Assembly: GCA_027339965.1 (NCBI GenBank)
Contig: DAHWNL010000034.1
Location: 59,551-123,550, forward strand
Direction: 5' to 3'
Origin: Granulicella sp.
Lineage (GTDB): Bacteria > Acidobacteriota > Terriglobia > Terriglobales > Acidobacteriaceae
Length of the DNA stretch: 64,000 nt
Every line of letters begins with the position of its first letter. The stretch's first letter is position 1. The notes under the pieces were generated by a model. It searched no databases, was not told where the DNA came from, and saw only the letters and a list, made by a program, of their open reading frames with translations. This document shows positions 42,197 to 53,080 of the stretch, in pieces. The position numbers were made by a program, and so were the translations under genes.

Positions 42197-43165
42197 ATGA
42201 TGATCATAATCACCCCGGTTTCCCATCTAACCACCTCGATCCCTCAGGACGAGAACTTCCTAAGACACATCGAGAGCGGCTGGCGGCTGAACTTCTCCAA
42301 CTTTGTTCAGAATGGGATTCCTCAAATTCTGTTCGCCCTGCTCCTGGCCTTCCTCTTCCAGTCGATCATCAGCTTCTTCATCAAACGCCTGTACCGCCAC
42401 GCCGATCTTCAGGTCGGCAACCATCATCGCGCCGGCCAGCTCCGCACGATGGCCGCCATCCTGCGGGCCACTTCCTACGGGGTCTCCGGATTCTATGTCT
42501 TCACCCAGCTACTGAGCGCTCTGGGCGTCTCCCTGGGCCCTTTTATCGCCTCTGCCGGAGTCATCGGTCTGGGCATCAGCTTTGGAGCTCAGTCCATCTT
42601 CAAGGACATGCTTACCGGCATCTTCATCCTCCTCGAAAACCAGTACTCCGTCGGGGACAACATCCGCATCGCCGGCCTCACGGGAACGGTGGAAGACCTG
42701 AGCCTCCGCATCACCCGTCTGCGCGACAGCGACGGCACCGTTCACATCATCCCCAACAGCCAGGTCACCACCGTTTCCAACCTCTCTCGAGACTTTGCCG
42801 TGGGCACGCTGAATATCTCCGTGGACGCGAGCGAAGATCCAGACCGGATCCTCTGCATTCTCCGCAGCCTCGCCGGCTCCCTGCGTAAAGATGAAGCCTT
42901 CAAGGATGTTGTCATCGCCGAGCCGAGCATTCCCGGCGTCGGCAAAATGGACAACTACGAGGTCGTCTACCCTATCAGCGTCCATGTGATGGTGAATCAG
43001 CGCGATGCCGTCTTGCGTGAACTGCGCCGCCGCGTCCTTCAGGCCTTTCAAAAGGAGAAAGTCATGCTCGCCGCCACCAAAAGCACGCAAATCATCGCCA
43101 CGCCGCCCCCGGGCTACGGCCCAGCCAATCCCGAACCAACCCGGAATCCGACGACCTCCGCATGA
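42197..43165 (+). CDS. Small-conductance mechanosensitive channel (MscS family)
   Basis: AGVIGL.I.FGAQ...KD...G, GD.I.....GTVE...LR.T.LR..DG....IPN. Confidence 0.9.
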   Translation: MMIIITPVSHLTTSIPQDENFLRHIESGWRLNFSNFVQNGIPQILFALLLAFLFQSIISFFIKRLYRHADLQVGNHHRAGQLRTMAAILRATSYGVSGFYVFTQLLSALGVSLGPFIASAGVIGLGISFGAQSIFKDMLTGIFILLENQYSVGDNIRIAGLTGTVEDLSLRITRLRDSDGTVHIIPNSQVTTVSNLSRDFAVGTLNISVDASEDPDRILCILRSLAGSLRKDEAFKDVVIAEPSIPGVGKMDNYEVVYPISVHVMVNQRDAVLRELRRRVLQAFQKEKVMLAATKSTQIIATPPPGYGPANPEPTRNPTTSA

Positions 43166-43246
43166 CCCTACTCCCTGACCGCATTCGGTGATTGGCTGCA
43201 TGAAGCCTGGCCCTGGTTCCAAACCCAACGTTGCCCGGCTCCTGGT

Positions 43247-45385
43247 CTACAGCACGGCCCGCAAGCGGTCCGCCTGATCGATCGGGGGAAGGCAAACGCC
43301 ACCTCTGCACACCACCGCCACGCTTCCTTCCCTCTCTGGAAGATGCGTCAGCGTCTCAGCCAGCGCGGGCGGCAATGCACCCAGTTGATCTCTGCGCAAC
43401 CGGATCACGCTGCGATTCACCGCATATCGCGCCATCGCTGCCGAAAGAAGCTCTTCCGCCGCAGCGCCGTCTCCAATGACACACACCTGCTCGATACCCT
43501 CTACCGCTCGACGCAGCGCCAGACCGTAGCTGGCCGCATAGAGTCCAAAGTGTTCGACGATGCCGGCAAAAGTCTCCAGCGTCTCAAAAGCCCGCGTCTG
43601 GTACCCTTCCTCACCCGTCAACGCCGCCACGCGCAGCAGTGCCGTTGCGGCCGTAGGGTTCCCCGCCGGTGTGGGCGCATCCTGCAGCGGCTTCCGCCGT
43701 GCCGTCAGCGCCCCAAGCGCCGCCGCATTCGCTTCGGTGTCAAAGAAGCCTCCGCCGGTCCGGTCATGGAAACGGGCCAGCATCGCGTCGCAGATCTGTC
43801 TGGAAGCGGTAAAGTAGCGCATCTCGCCGGTTGCCTCCCAGGCGTCCAGAGAGGCGTTAGCCACAAAGGCATAGTCCTCCAGCGTTCCCTTCACCGGCTC
43901 TGCCGCAGACTTCTCAGCAGCCGTTTCCCCGTACGCCACCACATGCGCCATCATGCCCTGCGCGCTCCAAGCTGTCCGCAGCAGCCGATCCAAGGAGCGC
44001 AAGGCAAACTCCACCGGAGCACTCAACCCCAGTATCCGTCCCGCAGCCAGATAAGCGGAGATACACATCCCATTCCAACCCGTGTAGACCGTCTTATCGA
44101 CGAACGGCGTCTTGCGCAACAACCTTGCCCCATACATCTTTCGTTTGGCGCCGGCCAGCACCCCATCTTCCTCCGCCATCAACGTAGACCCGGTTCGGTG
44201 CAGCACATTCTTCTGCGGGTGATGATGCATATCGCCCACCACTCGCAGGTCATAGTACCTCTCGACAGCGGCAAACTCCTCGGCGCTCAGAACCGCAGCG
44301 GCCTCCTCCCGCGTCCATGTGAAGTAGTCGCCATCATCTTCCAAGGACACGTCCGCATCCTGCGATGCATAGAACCCGCCGTGCTCGCGATCGCTCAACC
44401 ACTCATCCATCCAGCGCAAGATGTCCTCAGCCACGCGCCTCATCTCCGGGCCCGCTTCGATGCCCGCAAAGCTCTGCGCCGCGTGGCTGTAGCTCTTCAG
44501 CAACTCGCTGTTGTCATAGGCCATCTTTTCAAAGTGCGGCACCCCCCACCGTTCATCCACGGAGTAACGATGAAACCCGCCGGCCAACTGGTCATAGATC
44601 CCACCCGCAGCCATTTTTTGCAGTGTCACAGCCGCCGCATGCCGTGCCTGCTCCGCCTCCCGGCCTCCCCTGGAGGCCACGTCGATCAGAAAATCCAGCG
44701 CCGCTGGATGCGGGAACTTCGGCTGTGACCCAAACCCCCCATTGCGGGCATCGAACTGCTTCAGCATAGAGTCCAGCAACTTCTCCAAAAGCGCGACCCC
44801 AGTCCGGCTCCCGGGCGCAAGTTCGCCGGCCAGAGCTGCCCGCCCGGAGAAACTCTCATTGTGCTCGATGGCGTGCATCACACCCTGGGCGGTCTCTTCC
44901 ACCTCCTCGCGCCGATTCGCGAAGGCATCCGCCATGAGCAGCAACACTCGCGGGAACCCTGGCCGCCCATACCGGTCCTCCGGCGGAAAGTACGTGCCGC
45001 CGAAGTAGGGCCTTCCCTCTGGGGTGAGGAACGCCGTCAAGGGCCATCCTCCCTGCCCGCTGATCGCCGCTACCGCGGCTTGGTAGCGGGAATCCACATC
45101 AGGCCGCTCATCCCGATCCACCTTCACAGCTACGAACCGCTGGTTGATGATCCTGGCGACCTCTGGATTTTCGTAACTCTCGCGGTCCATTACATGGCAC
45201 CAATGGCACCATGCGGCTCCTACATCGAGCAGCACCGGCTTGTTTTCACGCTGGGCCCTGGCAAAGGCATCGGCCCCCCACTGATTCCACTCGATCGGCT
45301 GATGCTGGGCGGAGCGCAGGTACGCGGAGGCCGCCCGGCTCAAAGAGTTGAACGGTACGTCATGCTTGGGAGATGGATCGCTCAT
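43247..45385 (-). CDS. Thioredoxin-domain protein, YyaL/DUF255 family
   Basis: S.YL......P..W..W, CHWCHVM..ES, KVDR.ERPD.D, GGWP, GGF.RYSVD..W..PHFEKM.YD. Confidence 0.9.
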   Translation of the reverse strand: MSDPSPKHDVPFNSLSRAASAYLRSAQHQPIEWNQWGADAFARAQRENKPVLLDVGAAWCHWCHVMDRESYENPEVARIINQRFVAVKVDRDERPDVDSRYQAAVAAISGQGGWPLTAFLTPEGRPYFGGTYFPPEDRYGRPGFPRVLLLMADAFANRREEVEETAQGVMHAIEHNESFSGRAALAGELAPGSRTGVALLEKLLDSMLKQFDARNGGFGSQPKFPHPAALDFLIDVASRGGREAEQARHAAAVTLQKMAAGGIYDQLAGGFHRYSVDERWGVPHFEKMAYDNSELLKSYSHAAQSFAGIEAGPEMRRVAEDILRWMDEWLSDREHGGFYASQDADVSLEDDGDYFTWTREEAAAVLSAEEFAAVERYYDLRVVGDMHHHPQKNVLHRTGSTLMAEEDGVLAGAKRKMYGARLLRKTPFVDKTVYTGWNGMCISAYLAAGRILGLSAPVEFALRSLDRLLRTAWSAQGMMAHVVAYGETAAEKSAAEPVKGTLEDYAFVANASLDAWEATGEMRYFTASRQICDAMLARFHDRTGGGFFDTEANAAALGALTARRKPLQDAPTPAGNPTAATALLRVAALTGEEGYQTRAFETLETFAGIVEHFGLYAASYGLALRRAVEGIEQVCVIGDGAAAEELLSAAMARYAVNRSVIRLRRDQLGALPPALAETLTHLPEREGSVAVVCRGGVCLPPIDQADRLRAVL

Positions 45386-45597
45386 CGTCCCCTAGTCTAA
45401 ATGCCCGGATGAAACTCCCATCCTGAAGCTCCTCGCACACCCGAGGCGGGCGGCTGGTGTCAGCCGGATGAGCACGGAATCGCCGGCTGGAGCCACTCCG
45501 CTCCTGACTCCTGTCGCCGTTGCTCAGCTCCGCCGAAAAGTCGGGCTGGATGCCGTAAACGCTTCGCCACGGCAAGCTCTCAGATTTCGCCCATCGC

Positions 45598-47208
45598 CTA
45601 CTTCGCAATGGCCGTTGGATACCACTGCTCCAGATCCGCATGGAACTGCTTCAGCGCCTCAACGTTGAGATACACCATGTGTCCGGCCGGGTAATAGCCG
45701 AACCGCACATTCGAAGCGATGGAAGGCGGTAGCATCATCTGCGCAATATCGTGCTCCGTGCTGAAAAACGGCGTTGCCAGATCAAACCACCCATTCGCCG
45801 AGTACACCTTCAGGTGGGGGTTCTTCCGCATCGCATCGCCCAGGTCGATCACCGTATCCGGCATCTGTTGCGTTCGGCCGAACCCGGGTCGAGCGCCCGA
45901 AGGCTGGTGCTTCCAGTCCCAGGCCTTGTTCACGCCTGGTCCCTGCAAATCGTAGGGTTCCGAGTCCGGATACTTCAGCTCGTTTTGCAGGTAGTTGTGG
46001 AACGCGCCCACAAAGGCGCCTGAGATCCCCGAATCCGAAGGATCGAACCCCGGATTCTCTCCCGCCGCATCCACATCGAACGCCTCGAACCGAGCGTCAT
46101 ATCGCCCCAGAATCTGGTCGTCGTCGCGGAACAGTTCCTTGCGGAAGTGGATCGCCGGAATCCTCAACTTCGAGTCCTTCACGTACTGCACGCTCAGCCC
46201 GGTGAACGCCGCCACCTGCTTGGCGGTCGCGTCAAAGTCCTGAGCCGATAGATTATCGCCCTGCTCCAAGGCCGTCGCGTACGGGCCACGGGCAAAATCC
46301 CTCGCCTTCTGCAAGAACTCCGCCATCGTTCCGGTGTGAGGAACCTTGTTGTAGTACCAGGCAATCGCCGCATAGCTGGGCAGATAATATTCCGTCGCCA
46401 GGTCATATCCCGGGCTCATCACGTTATAGTTCAGGATCGAAGACAGCAGCACCACGCCATTGAACTCGATGCCATCGTTATTCAGCGCGGCGACCAGCGC
46501 CGCCGACCGCGGCGTCCCATAGCTCTCGCCAAACAAAAACTTTGGCGAGTTCCATCGGTTGTTGATGGTGATATAGCGCGTGATGAACTTCTCAAATGCC
46601 TTCACATCCTGGTCCACACCCGCAAAGTCCTTCACGGTCCCTTTGCCCACCAGGCGCGAAAACCCCGTCAGCGGAGCGTCAATAAACACCAGATCCGTCT
46701 TGTCGATCAAGCTGTACTGGTTGGGCACCACCGTAAACGGGGCCGGCCCGGTAGCCTTGGGACTGTCCGTGACCACCCTCACCGGCCCCACCGAGCCCAT
46801 ATGAAGCCACAGGCTGGCTGATCCCGGCCCACCGTTATACAGGAACGTCACCGGCCGAGTAGCCGGCGCGGCCCCGTCCTCGGTATACGCCACATAGAAC
46901 ATCGTCCCGATCGGTTTGTTTGCCTCATCCTTGATCAGGAGCGTCCCCGCGGTGGCCGTATAATGCACCGTCCGCGAGCCCGCGGTCCAGTCGTGCCTGG
47001 TCTCCACCTTCACTTCCGCCGGCACAGGCAATCCACCGCCATCTTTCTTGTCCGGTGACGCCGTTTCAGCCTGAGCATCGGGACTGTGACGCTGCTGCGC
47101 ATCCTGCGCAGCCGAGCTCGGCAAAAACATCATCCAACCAGCCAGCGCCAAAGCCGGAACTCCAGCCATGCGCAGCACCCCTCGGAAACCAATTTCCATC
47201 CTGTTCAA
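45598..47208 (-). CDS. Serine carboxypeptidase, family S10 (secreted)
   Basis: NGGPGSAS, GESYG nucleophile, DLATP, AGHM; signal peptide; exact start uncertain. Confidence 0.88.
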   Translation of the reverse strand: MNRMEIGFRGVLRMAGVPALALAGWMMFLPSSAAQDAQQRHSPDAQAETASPDKKDGGGLPVPAEVKVETRHDWTAGSRTVHYTATAGTLLIKDEANKPIGTMFYVAYTEDGAAPATRPVTFLYNGGPGSASLWLHMGSVGPVRVVTDSPKATGPAPFTVVPNQYSLIDKTDLVFIDAPLTGFSRLVGKGTVKDFAGVDQDVKAFEKFITRYITINNRWNSPKFLFGESYGTPRSAALVAALNNDGIEFNGVVLLSSILNYNVMSPGYDLATEYYLPSYAAIAWYYNKVPHTGTMAEFLQKARDFARGPYATALEQGDNLSAQDFDATAKQVAAFTGLSVQYVKDSKLRIPAIHFRKELFRDDDQILGRYDARFEAFDVDAAGENPGFDPSDSGISGAFVGAFHNYLQNELKYPDSEPYDLQGPGVNKAWDWKHQPSGARPGFGRTQQMPDTVIDLGDAMRKNPHLKVYSANGWFDLATPFFSTEHDIAQMMLPPSIASNVRFGYYPAGHMVYLNVEALKQFHADLEQWYPTAIAK

Positions 47209-47383
47209 GGAAATCCTCCCTAAAGATCTGTTGCCCCAAACACAATGCCCGTTGATAAGACCATATACGACTGTCGATCACCAAAAGTCTCGCTCCCAGC
47301 ACGACCACCCATTCCCCTCTCACGCCGGGGCCTGTACCCATCCGCTGCGGGTGGCAAAGATTATGCGAAGATAAGCGCAGGCC

Positions 47384-50029
47384 ATGAGCACGCTGTCGCC
47401 AACCGAGACCCTCTCCGACCTCCTCCATCGCGTCTTCGGCCACGGCGACTTCCGCGCTCACCAGCAGAAGGTCTGCGAGAGTGCGGCGGCCGGTCGTGAC
47501 GTTCTCCTAGTGATGCCCACTGGGGCCGGCAAGAGCCTCTGCTACCAGCTTCCGGCGCTCGCCCGCCGCGCCTCGGGAGACTCCGGCGCCGCTCTTGTCA
47601 TCTCGCCCCTGATTGCCCTGATGGACGATCAGGCATCCAAACTCTCCGCACTCGGCCTGCATGTCGCCCGGGTGCACTCCGGCCTGTCTCGCGAGGAGGC
47701 CCGTCAGGCCTGCCGCGACTATCTCTCCGGCAACCTTGACTTTCTCCTCATTGCTCCTGAACGCCTTCGCGTCCCCGGCTTTCCGGAGATGCTGGTCAAG
47801 CGCAAGCCCTGCCTGGTCGCCGTTGATGAGGCGCACTGCATCTCTCAGTGGGGCCATGACTTTCGCCCGGACTATCGCACGCTCGGCCACTATCTTCCCA
47901 GCTTGCGCCCGGCTCCTATCCTCGCCCTCACGGCCACGGCGACCCCCACCGTCCAGCGAGATATCCTCCTCCAACTCGGTCTCCGGAACCCAGCCATCTT
48001 CATCACAGGCTTCCGCCGCCACAACCTGGCCGTTGAGGTCGTCGAGCTCTCCAAGCCCCAGCGCGCCGACTTCGCCATCCGGTTGCTGCAAGCGGCCAAC
48101 TCCCGTCCCGCTATCGTCTATGCCCAATCTCGCCGGGACGCGGATGAATTGGCCTCAACCCTTCACCAGCACTTTCCCACCGCTGCCTACCACGCCGGTC
48201 TAGATCCCGGCACCCGGGAGAGGGTGCAGCGCGCCTTCTTATCTGGAAAGTTGGAAGTGGTCGTCGCCACCGTCGCCTTTGGCATGGGCGTGGATAAAGC
48301 TAACATCCGCACCGTCATTCACGTGGCCCTGCCCGGATCGGTCGAGTCCTACTACCAGGAGATTGGCCGCGCCGGCCGCGATGGTCTTCCCGCCCGCGCC
48401 ATCCTCCTGCACGGCTTCGCGGATCGCCGCGTGCAGGATTTCTTCCTGGGGAAAAACTACCCGCCCGTTGCCGACCTGGAAAGCGTGGCCGAATCCCTCC
48501 CCGCGGAGTTCACCCCCGTCGACGCGTTGCACCATGCTCTGGCCAAAAAGCGCCTCGCGATCGACCGCGAGACCCTCGACCGCGTCATCGAGAAGCTGCT
48601 CATCGCCGGCGTCTGCCAGATGGACATCAACGGCGATATCTGCCGGGCCGACGATCCACCCGCCAGGCAGAAAAACCAGCCCGCCTGGAAGTCTGCCTAT
48701 GAGACTCAGGTCGCCATCCGCCGCGCTCAGGTCGGCAGCATGATCGCCTTCGCGGAGTCCGCCACCTGCCGGATGGCCAGTCTGGTGCAGCATTTCGGCG
48801 ACACCACAGATAAGCTCAAACCCTGTGGCCTCTGCGACGTCTGCAACCCCGCCGCCAGGGAAGCCGCCAACGCCGCGCACCAGCCCCGCCCCAGGGAGCG
48901 CCGTTGGCTGCTCCAGATCCTCGCGGCGCTCGAGCACCGCAGCACCTCCACCGGCAAGCTCTTTGCTGAACTCAACCTGACCAAGGACCGCAAAGCCTTC
49001 GACGTCCTTCTGGACGGCCTGGCGCGAGCCGGCCTCCTCACCCTGGCCCATGAGACCTTCCGCACGCAGGACGAACGCGAGGTCACCTATAAAAAGGCAA
49101 CCATCACTCACGATGGCAAGGCCGTGCTCTCGGATGGCGACGACGCGGCCCTGGACACCGTCTGGCTCCGTTCCGCGATCCCCGATACGCGCCGCGAAAC
49201 CCGCCCCCGCGAAACCCGTCCAAGGAAAGGCTCAGCCGCAGTCCAGTCAGAACGCACTCGACCGGACAACCCCAAGCCCACTCCCTCGCCCTCCCCGGAC
49301 TCTACCCACCTCACCCCGGCAGCCAAACACATTCTGGAACACCTTCGCAACTGGCGCACGGAGACTGCGCGCCCCACCGGAACCCCAGCCATCTTCATCC
49401 TGCCCGATGCGGTCCTGCGCTCCATCGCCGTATACGCTCCAAAGACCCTTACCGCCCTTCACGCTGTGCCCGGGATGATCTCCGCCAAGATCGACCGCTA
49501 CGGCGCAGATCTGATCGCCATCTGCCGCGGCCGGGAGTATCCCATAGCCGGCACAGCCCGCCAAAGCCCCGGCCCCCCGCTTCGAGACCCCGGCCCGCCC
49601 CTGCTTCTTGCAGCCGCTGCGGATGTGAAACACAGCGCGCCGGCACTGGCCTCCGCAGCCTCCGCCAGGCCGGAAAAGGCCCCCAAAGCTGCGGCTCCTT
49701 TTTCTGCCTCCGCCCCACTGCCGGCCCGGCCAACTGCATCCCCGCCCCCACCCACACCACCGCAGACCTCCCAACTCACCCCGGCACAACTCACCCTCGA
49801 AGCCGGCCTGAAGGACTGGCGCCGGGAGGCAGCCAAAGCATCGGGTCTACCTACCTTCTTCATTCTTTCGGATACCCTGCTGCGCAGCATCGTCCTTAGC
49901 AGGCCCGGCTCCATGGAGGCTTTGGCCTCCATTCGCGGCCTCAGCCGAGACAAGATCGCCGAGTTCGGCGCCACGATCCTTGGCCTTTGCCAAGCCGGCT
50001 CACCCACGAGGGGACCCTCCGGCAAATAG
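47384..50029 (+). CDS. RecQ-family DNA helicase with two C-terminal HRDC domains
   Basis: PTGAGKS, DEAHCISQWGHDFRP, TATA, QEIGRAGRDG, Zn cysteines (CR...CGLCDVC); two L..WR...A.....P...I..D..L units. Confidence 0.9.
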   Translation: MSTLSPTETLSDLLHRVFGHGDFRAHQQKVCESAAAGRDVLLVMPTGAGKSLCYQLPALARRASGDSGAALVISPLIALMDDQASKLSALGLHVARVHSGLSREEARQACRDYLSGNLDFLLIAPERLRVPGFPEMLVKRKPCLVAVDEAHCISQWGHDFRPDYRTLGHYLPSLRPAPILALTATATPTVQRDILLQLGLRNPAIFITGFRRHNLAVEVVELSKPQRADFAIRLLQAANSRPAIVYAQSRRDADELASTLHQHFPTAAYHAGLDPGTRERVQRAFLSGKLEVVVATVAFGMGVDKANIRTVIHVALPGSVESYYQEIGRAGRDGLPARAILLHGFADRRVQDFFLGKNYPPVADLESVAESLPAEFTPVDALHHALAKKRLAIDRETLDRVIEKLLIAGVCQMDINGDICRADDPPARQKNQPAWKSAYETQVAIRRAQVGSMIAFAESATCRMASLVQHFGDTTDKLKPCGLCDVCNPAAREAANAAHQPRPRERRWLLQILAALEHRSTSTGKLFAELNLTKDRKAFDVLLDGLARAGLLTLAHETFRTQDEREVTYKKATITHDGKAVLSDGDDAALDTVWLRSAIPDTRRETRPRETRPRKGSAAVQSERTRPDNPKPTPSPSPDSTHLTPAAKHILEHLRNWRTETARPTGTPAIFILPDAVLRSIAVYAPKTLTALHAVPGMISAKIDRYGADLIAICRGREYPIAGTARQSPGPPLRDPGPPLLLAAAADVKHSAPALASAASARPEKAPKAAAPFSASAPLPARPTASPPPPTPPQTSQLTPAQLTLEAGLKDWRREAAKASGLPTFFILSDTLLRSIVLSRPGSMEALASIRGLSRDKIAEFGATILGLCQAGSPTRGPSGK

Positions 50030-50069
50030 ACCTCTCGTAGAAACCCCTCCAACGGATGATAATCAGCCT

Positions 50070-51500
50070 ATGGAAACCTCTTCCTTTGGAATCGCCATTA
50101 TGGCGGCCGGCAAAGGCACCCGCCTGAACTCCCGCCGCCCGAAAGTGCTTCACGAAATCGGTGGCCAGGCTTTGCTGCTGCACGTCATCGCGGCCGCCAG
50201 ATCCCTGGTCCCCCCATCGCAGATTTACTGCATCATCGGCCATCAGGCGGAGGCGGTCCACGCCGCCGCCGCCACCACCGGCGTTCACTTCGTCCTGCAA
50301 CCGGAGCAGCACGGCACCGGCCATGCCATGCAGCAGCTTCGCGAACACCTGGCCGCGAGCAATAAGGCCGCCCCGGAGAACTTTCTTGTGCTCTCTGGCG
50401 ATGTCCCCCTGATCCAGCCCGCCACCCTCCTGGCCCTATGCAACTTTCACCTCGCCGAGCGCGCGGCCATGACCATCCTGACCGCCGTACCACCCAACCC
50501 CACCGGCTACGGCCGAGTCCTGCGGACTTCAGGTTCCGCGCCGGAGGTGCAGGCGATCGTCGAGCAGAAGGCGCTCACAACCGATCAACTCTCCGCGCCG
50601 GAGATAAACTCCGGTATCTATTGCTTCCGCACCTCTGCGCTCTTCGCGCACCTTGACTCCCTCACCCCCAACAACGCCCACGGCGAACTGTACCTCACCG
50701 ATGTCGCCGCCCGGCTCGTCGCCCACGGGGAACGCGTTGTCGCCCTGCGCTCCGCAGGTCCGGTCGAAGAGGTGCTCGGCGCCAACACCATCGAGGAGAT
50801 GATGCACCTGGACGCCGCCATGCGCCTGTCTACCGCACGCCGCCTCATGGCCCAGGGCGTCACCATCTTCCGCCCTGAAACCTCGGTCATCGATGCCACC
50901 GTCCAGATTGGCCCGGACACCGTCCTCCAGCCCTTTGTCCAACTGCTGGGCAACACCCGCATCGGCGCCAACTGCAAAATTGGATCCTATAACGTGCTGG
51001 AGAACACCCAGCTAGGCGACAATGTTCTGATTCGCCCCAACTGCGTCATCGCGGACACAACCATCGGGGACGACGTAAAGTTAGGCCCTTTCTGCCATCT
51101 CCGCCCCGGCAGCCACATCGGTCCGGAGGCCCACATCGGTAACTTCGTCGAGACCAAGAACGCCAGAGTCGGGCGCGGCTCCAAAGCCAACCACCTTGCG
51201 TATCTGGGCGACACCACTCTTGGCGCCTACGTCAACATCGGCGCGGGAACCATCACTTGCAACTACGACGGAGAAAGGAAACACCCCACCACCATCGGCA
51301 ACGGCGCCTTCGTCGGTTCCAACTCCACCCTGGTCGCCCCCGTCGCCATTGGGGATTCAGCCTACGTGGCGGCCGCATCCTGCATCACAGAGGATGTCCC
51401 TGCCGCGGCTTTGGCCTTGGGCCGCAGCCGTCAGGTCACAAAGCCCGGCTGGGTCAGCGCCCGCAAGCAGTCCGCCCCATCGGCTGCAACGGGCGACTGA
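50070..51500 (+). CDS. glmU: Bifunctional UDP-GlcNAc pyrophosphorylase / GlcN-1-P acetyltransferase
   Basis: MAAGKGTR..S..PKVLH, GTGHA, GYGR, ELYLTD, hexapeptide repeats, NIGAGTITCNYDG. Confidence 0.95.
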   Translation: METSSFGIAIMAAGKGTRLNSRRPKVLHEIGGQALLLHVIAAARSLVPPSQIYCIIGHQAEAVHAAAATTGVHFVLQPEQHGTGHAMQQLREHLAASNKAAPENFLVLSGDVPLIQPATLLALCNFHLAERAAMTILTAVPPNPTGYGRVLRTSGSAPEVQAIVEQKALTTDQLSAPEINSGIYCFRTSALFAHLDSLTPNNAHGELYLTDVAARLVAHGERVVALRSAGPVEEVLGANTIEEMMHLDAAMRLSTARRLMAQGVTIFRPETSVIDATVQIGPDTVLQPFVQLLGNTRIGANCKIGSYNVLENTQLGDNVLIRPNCVIADTTIGDDVKLGPFCHLRPGSHIGPEAHIGNFVETKNARVGRGSKANHLAYLGDTTLGAYVNIGAGTITCNYDGERKHPTTIGNGAFVGSNSTLVAPVAIGDSAYVAAASCITEDVPAAALALGRSRQVTKPGWVSARKQSAPSAATGD

Positions 51501-51596
51501 ACCGGCCATAAGATGCAGACAGATGCTCCCCGGCAACCATCCAGCCCTGCACGGATGCCGGGATGAGTCTCTGCGCGAGGAGGAGTGAGAGTGAGA

Positions 51597-51875
51597 ATGC
51601 CGGAGATAATTGCTGATACACAGTTGCAAGCCGCTCTGCTCAGTTTGCCGGCCTGGAAGCTGGAGCAAGGCGAGCTGACCCGGACCGTCGTCTTCCAAGA
51701 CTTCAAACAGGCAATGGGATTCGTCAACCGGGTGGCGGAGCTTGCCGAAGCCAAGGGTCATCACCCCGACATCGACATTCGCTACAACAAGGTGCGCCTC
51801 GGCCTTGTAACCCATGATGCCGGAGGAATTACCGAGAAGGATCTTCGCCTCGCCCAGGAAATTGAAAGAAATTAA
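51597..51875 (+). CDS. Pterin-4-alpha-carbinolamine dehydratase
   Basis: F.DF..A..F...VA..AE...HHPD, THD.GG.T..D; alternative GTG starts at 51585/51591. Confidence 0.9.
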   Translation: MPEIIADTQLQAALLSLPAWKLEQGELTRTVVFQDFKQAMGFVNRVAELAEAKGHHPDIDIRYNKVRLGLVTHDAGGITEKDLRLAQEIERN

Positions 51876-52018
51876 CAAACTTGATCCGTTGAGGGCTGGA
51901 CATCCCCATCCAGTTATGTGCTATATTCTTTTTAGCGTAGATTTCTCCCAAAGAGCATATCTCGCGAAGGTTTCTCGAGACGCCGACTACTCGAGAGCAA
52001 GTTGCGTCACTGGCCTCC

Positions 52019-52055
52019 CGGCACGGACAGATTACCGTTCGTGCCGTCTTTTTTT
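52019..52055 (+). terminator. Intrinsic terminator
   Basis: 10-bp stem CGGCACGGAC/GTTCGTGCCG, 8-nt loop, followed by TCTTTTTTT. Confidence 0.8.
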
Positions 52056-52515
52056 GTTGGCTATGCAACGGCTGGAGGCAGGCCAGTTCTCGGAACAGAC
52101 ATAAGTCTCTGATAATAAAACAATAAAAGCCAGGAATCAAGGTGGGCATCCATTGCTTCTCTTTTGGTGCCGGGGCTAAATTCTCAAAAGGAGCCTTCCC
52201 GGGATCCTCCTGAGGCCCAGGCCCCTGAACCGAGACCTCGTATCTGCTGGTGATGCCGGGTCGAGATTCTTATTCCTGGAAATCTGTTTTTGCGGCTACG
52301 CAATCGCGTAGGTCCAATCGAAATTCTCCGTTCCGCAGCATCCGAGGGCGCACTTGACGCAATCGGCGGTGTCGCCCCGCACTGGAAAGGTCCACGCTCT
52401 TCGCGACGAGGGCTGCTGCCGGAGCGGGCCATGCCTTCGGCCGCGCACTCCGGCCGAGGTATACTTGGGATAGTTCTTTTTCGCCCAAGGGAACGTTTGC
52501 ACCGGCCTCTGCAAA

Positions 52516-52869
52516 GGGGGCGTCACGGTTTCGACGGGATTACTTGCGGCAGAGAGGCATGCCGGGGTGTGGACACCCGTAATCGCTCACAAAACTATAA
52601 GTGCCGAACCTCAATTCGCGCTTGCTGCTTAAGAATTAAGTAGCCGATCGCTCCGGCTTCGCCTACGGGCCGGTACCGATCGTCGCACAGTAGGCTGGTC
52701 CAGGGGCGTTCCGCCTGTACGCCGAGGACGAGATCAATCAGGCTGGTGGCTGGCGCATCTTTGTCCGTTCCAAGCGCTGGCTACGAGACAAAAGCGAACT
52801 GGAAAAAGCATGAAGGCTCTCTGTTGAAGGTTTTTTCGGACGCGGGTTCGACTCCCGCCGCCTCCACCA
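52516..52869 (+). ncRNA. ssrA: tmRNA; tag (A)AEPQFALAA* at 52603-52632
   Basis: 5' GGGGGCG..GGTTTCGAC, 3' T-arm GCGGGTTCGACTCCCGC + CGCCTCCACCA, G3.U wobble in the acceptor stem, tag ending ALAA; TATACT -10 at 52460-52465. Confidence 0.96.
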
Positions 52870-53080
52870 ACCTATCTATCTTATTTTGCGTGTTTTACCA
52901 GCCCGCACGCAGATTGGGATTCAGGTGCCGAGTGCAACATCGGCTAGTTTAGCTGACCAGAACTTTTGCAAGTCGAAGGAGCCTTTGGGGAGGGAGATTT
53001 CAGCGGGGGCTCTCACACCTGACGATCCCAAGCTTGGCTCAGCCTCACGCTCAACGGTCGACCGAAAAGCGGAACATACC

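Noticed and set aside
43343..44728. 461-aa plus-strand ORF
   Set aside because: Antisense shadow of the YyaL gene; Arg/Gln/His-rich with no motifs, expected at high GC
52184..52330. Possible 6S RNA (CCCCTGAACC resembles the 6S stem)
   Set aside because: No complementary GGTTCAGGGG partner or long rod structure found by eye
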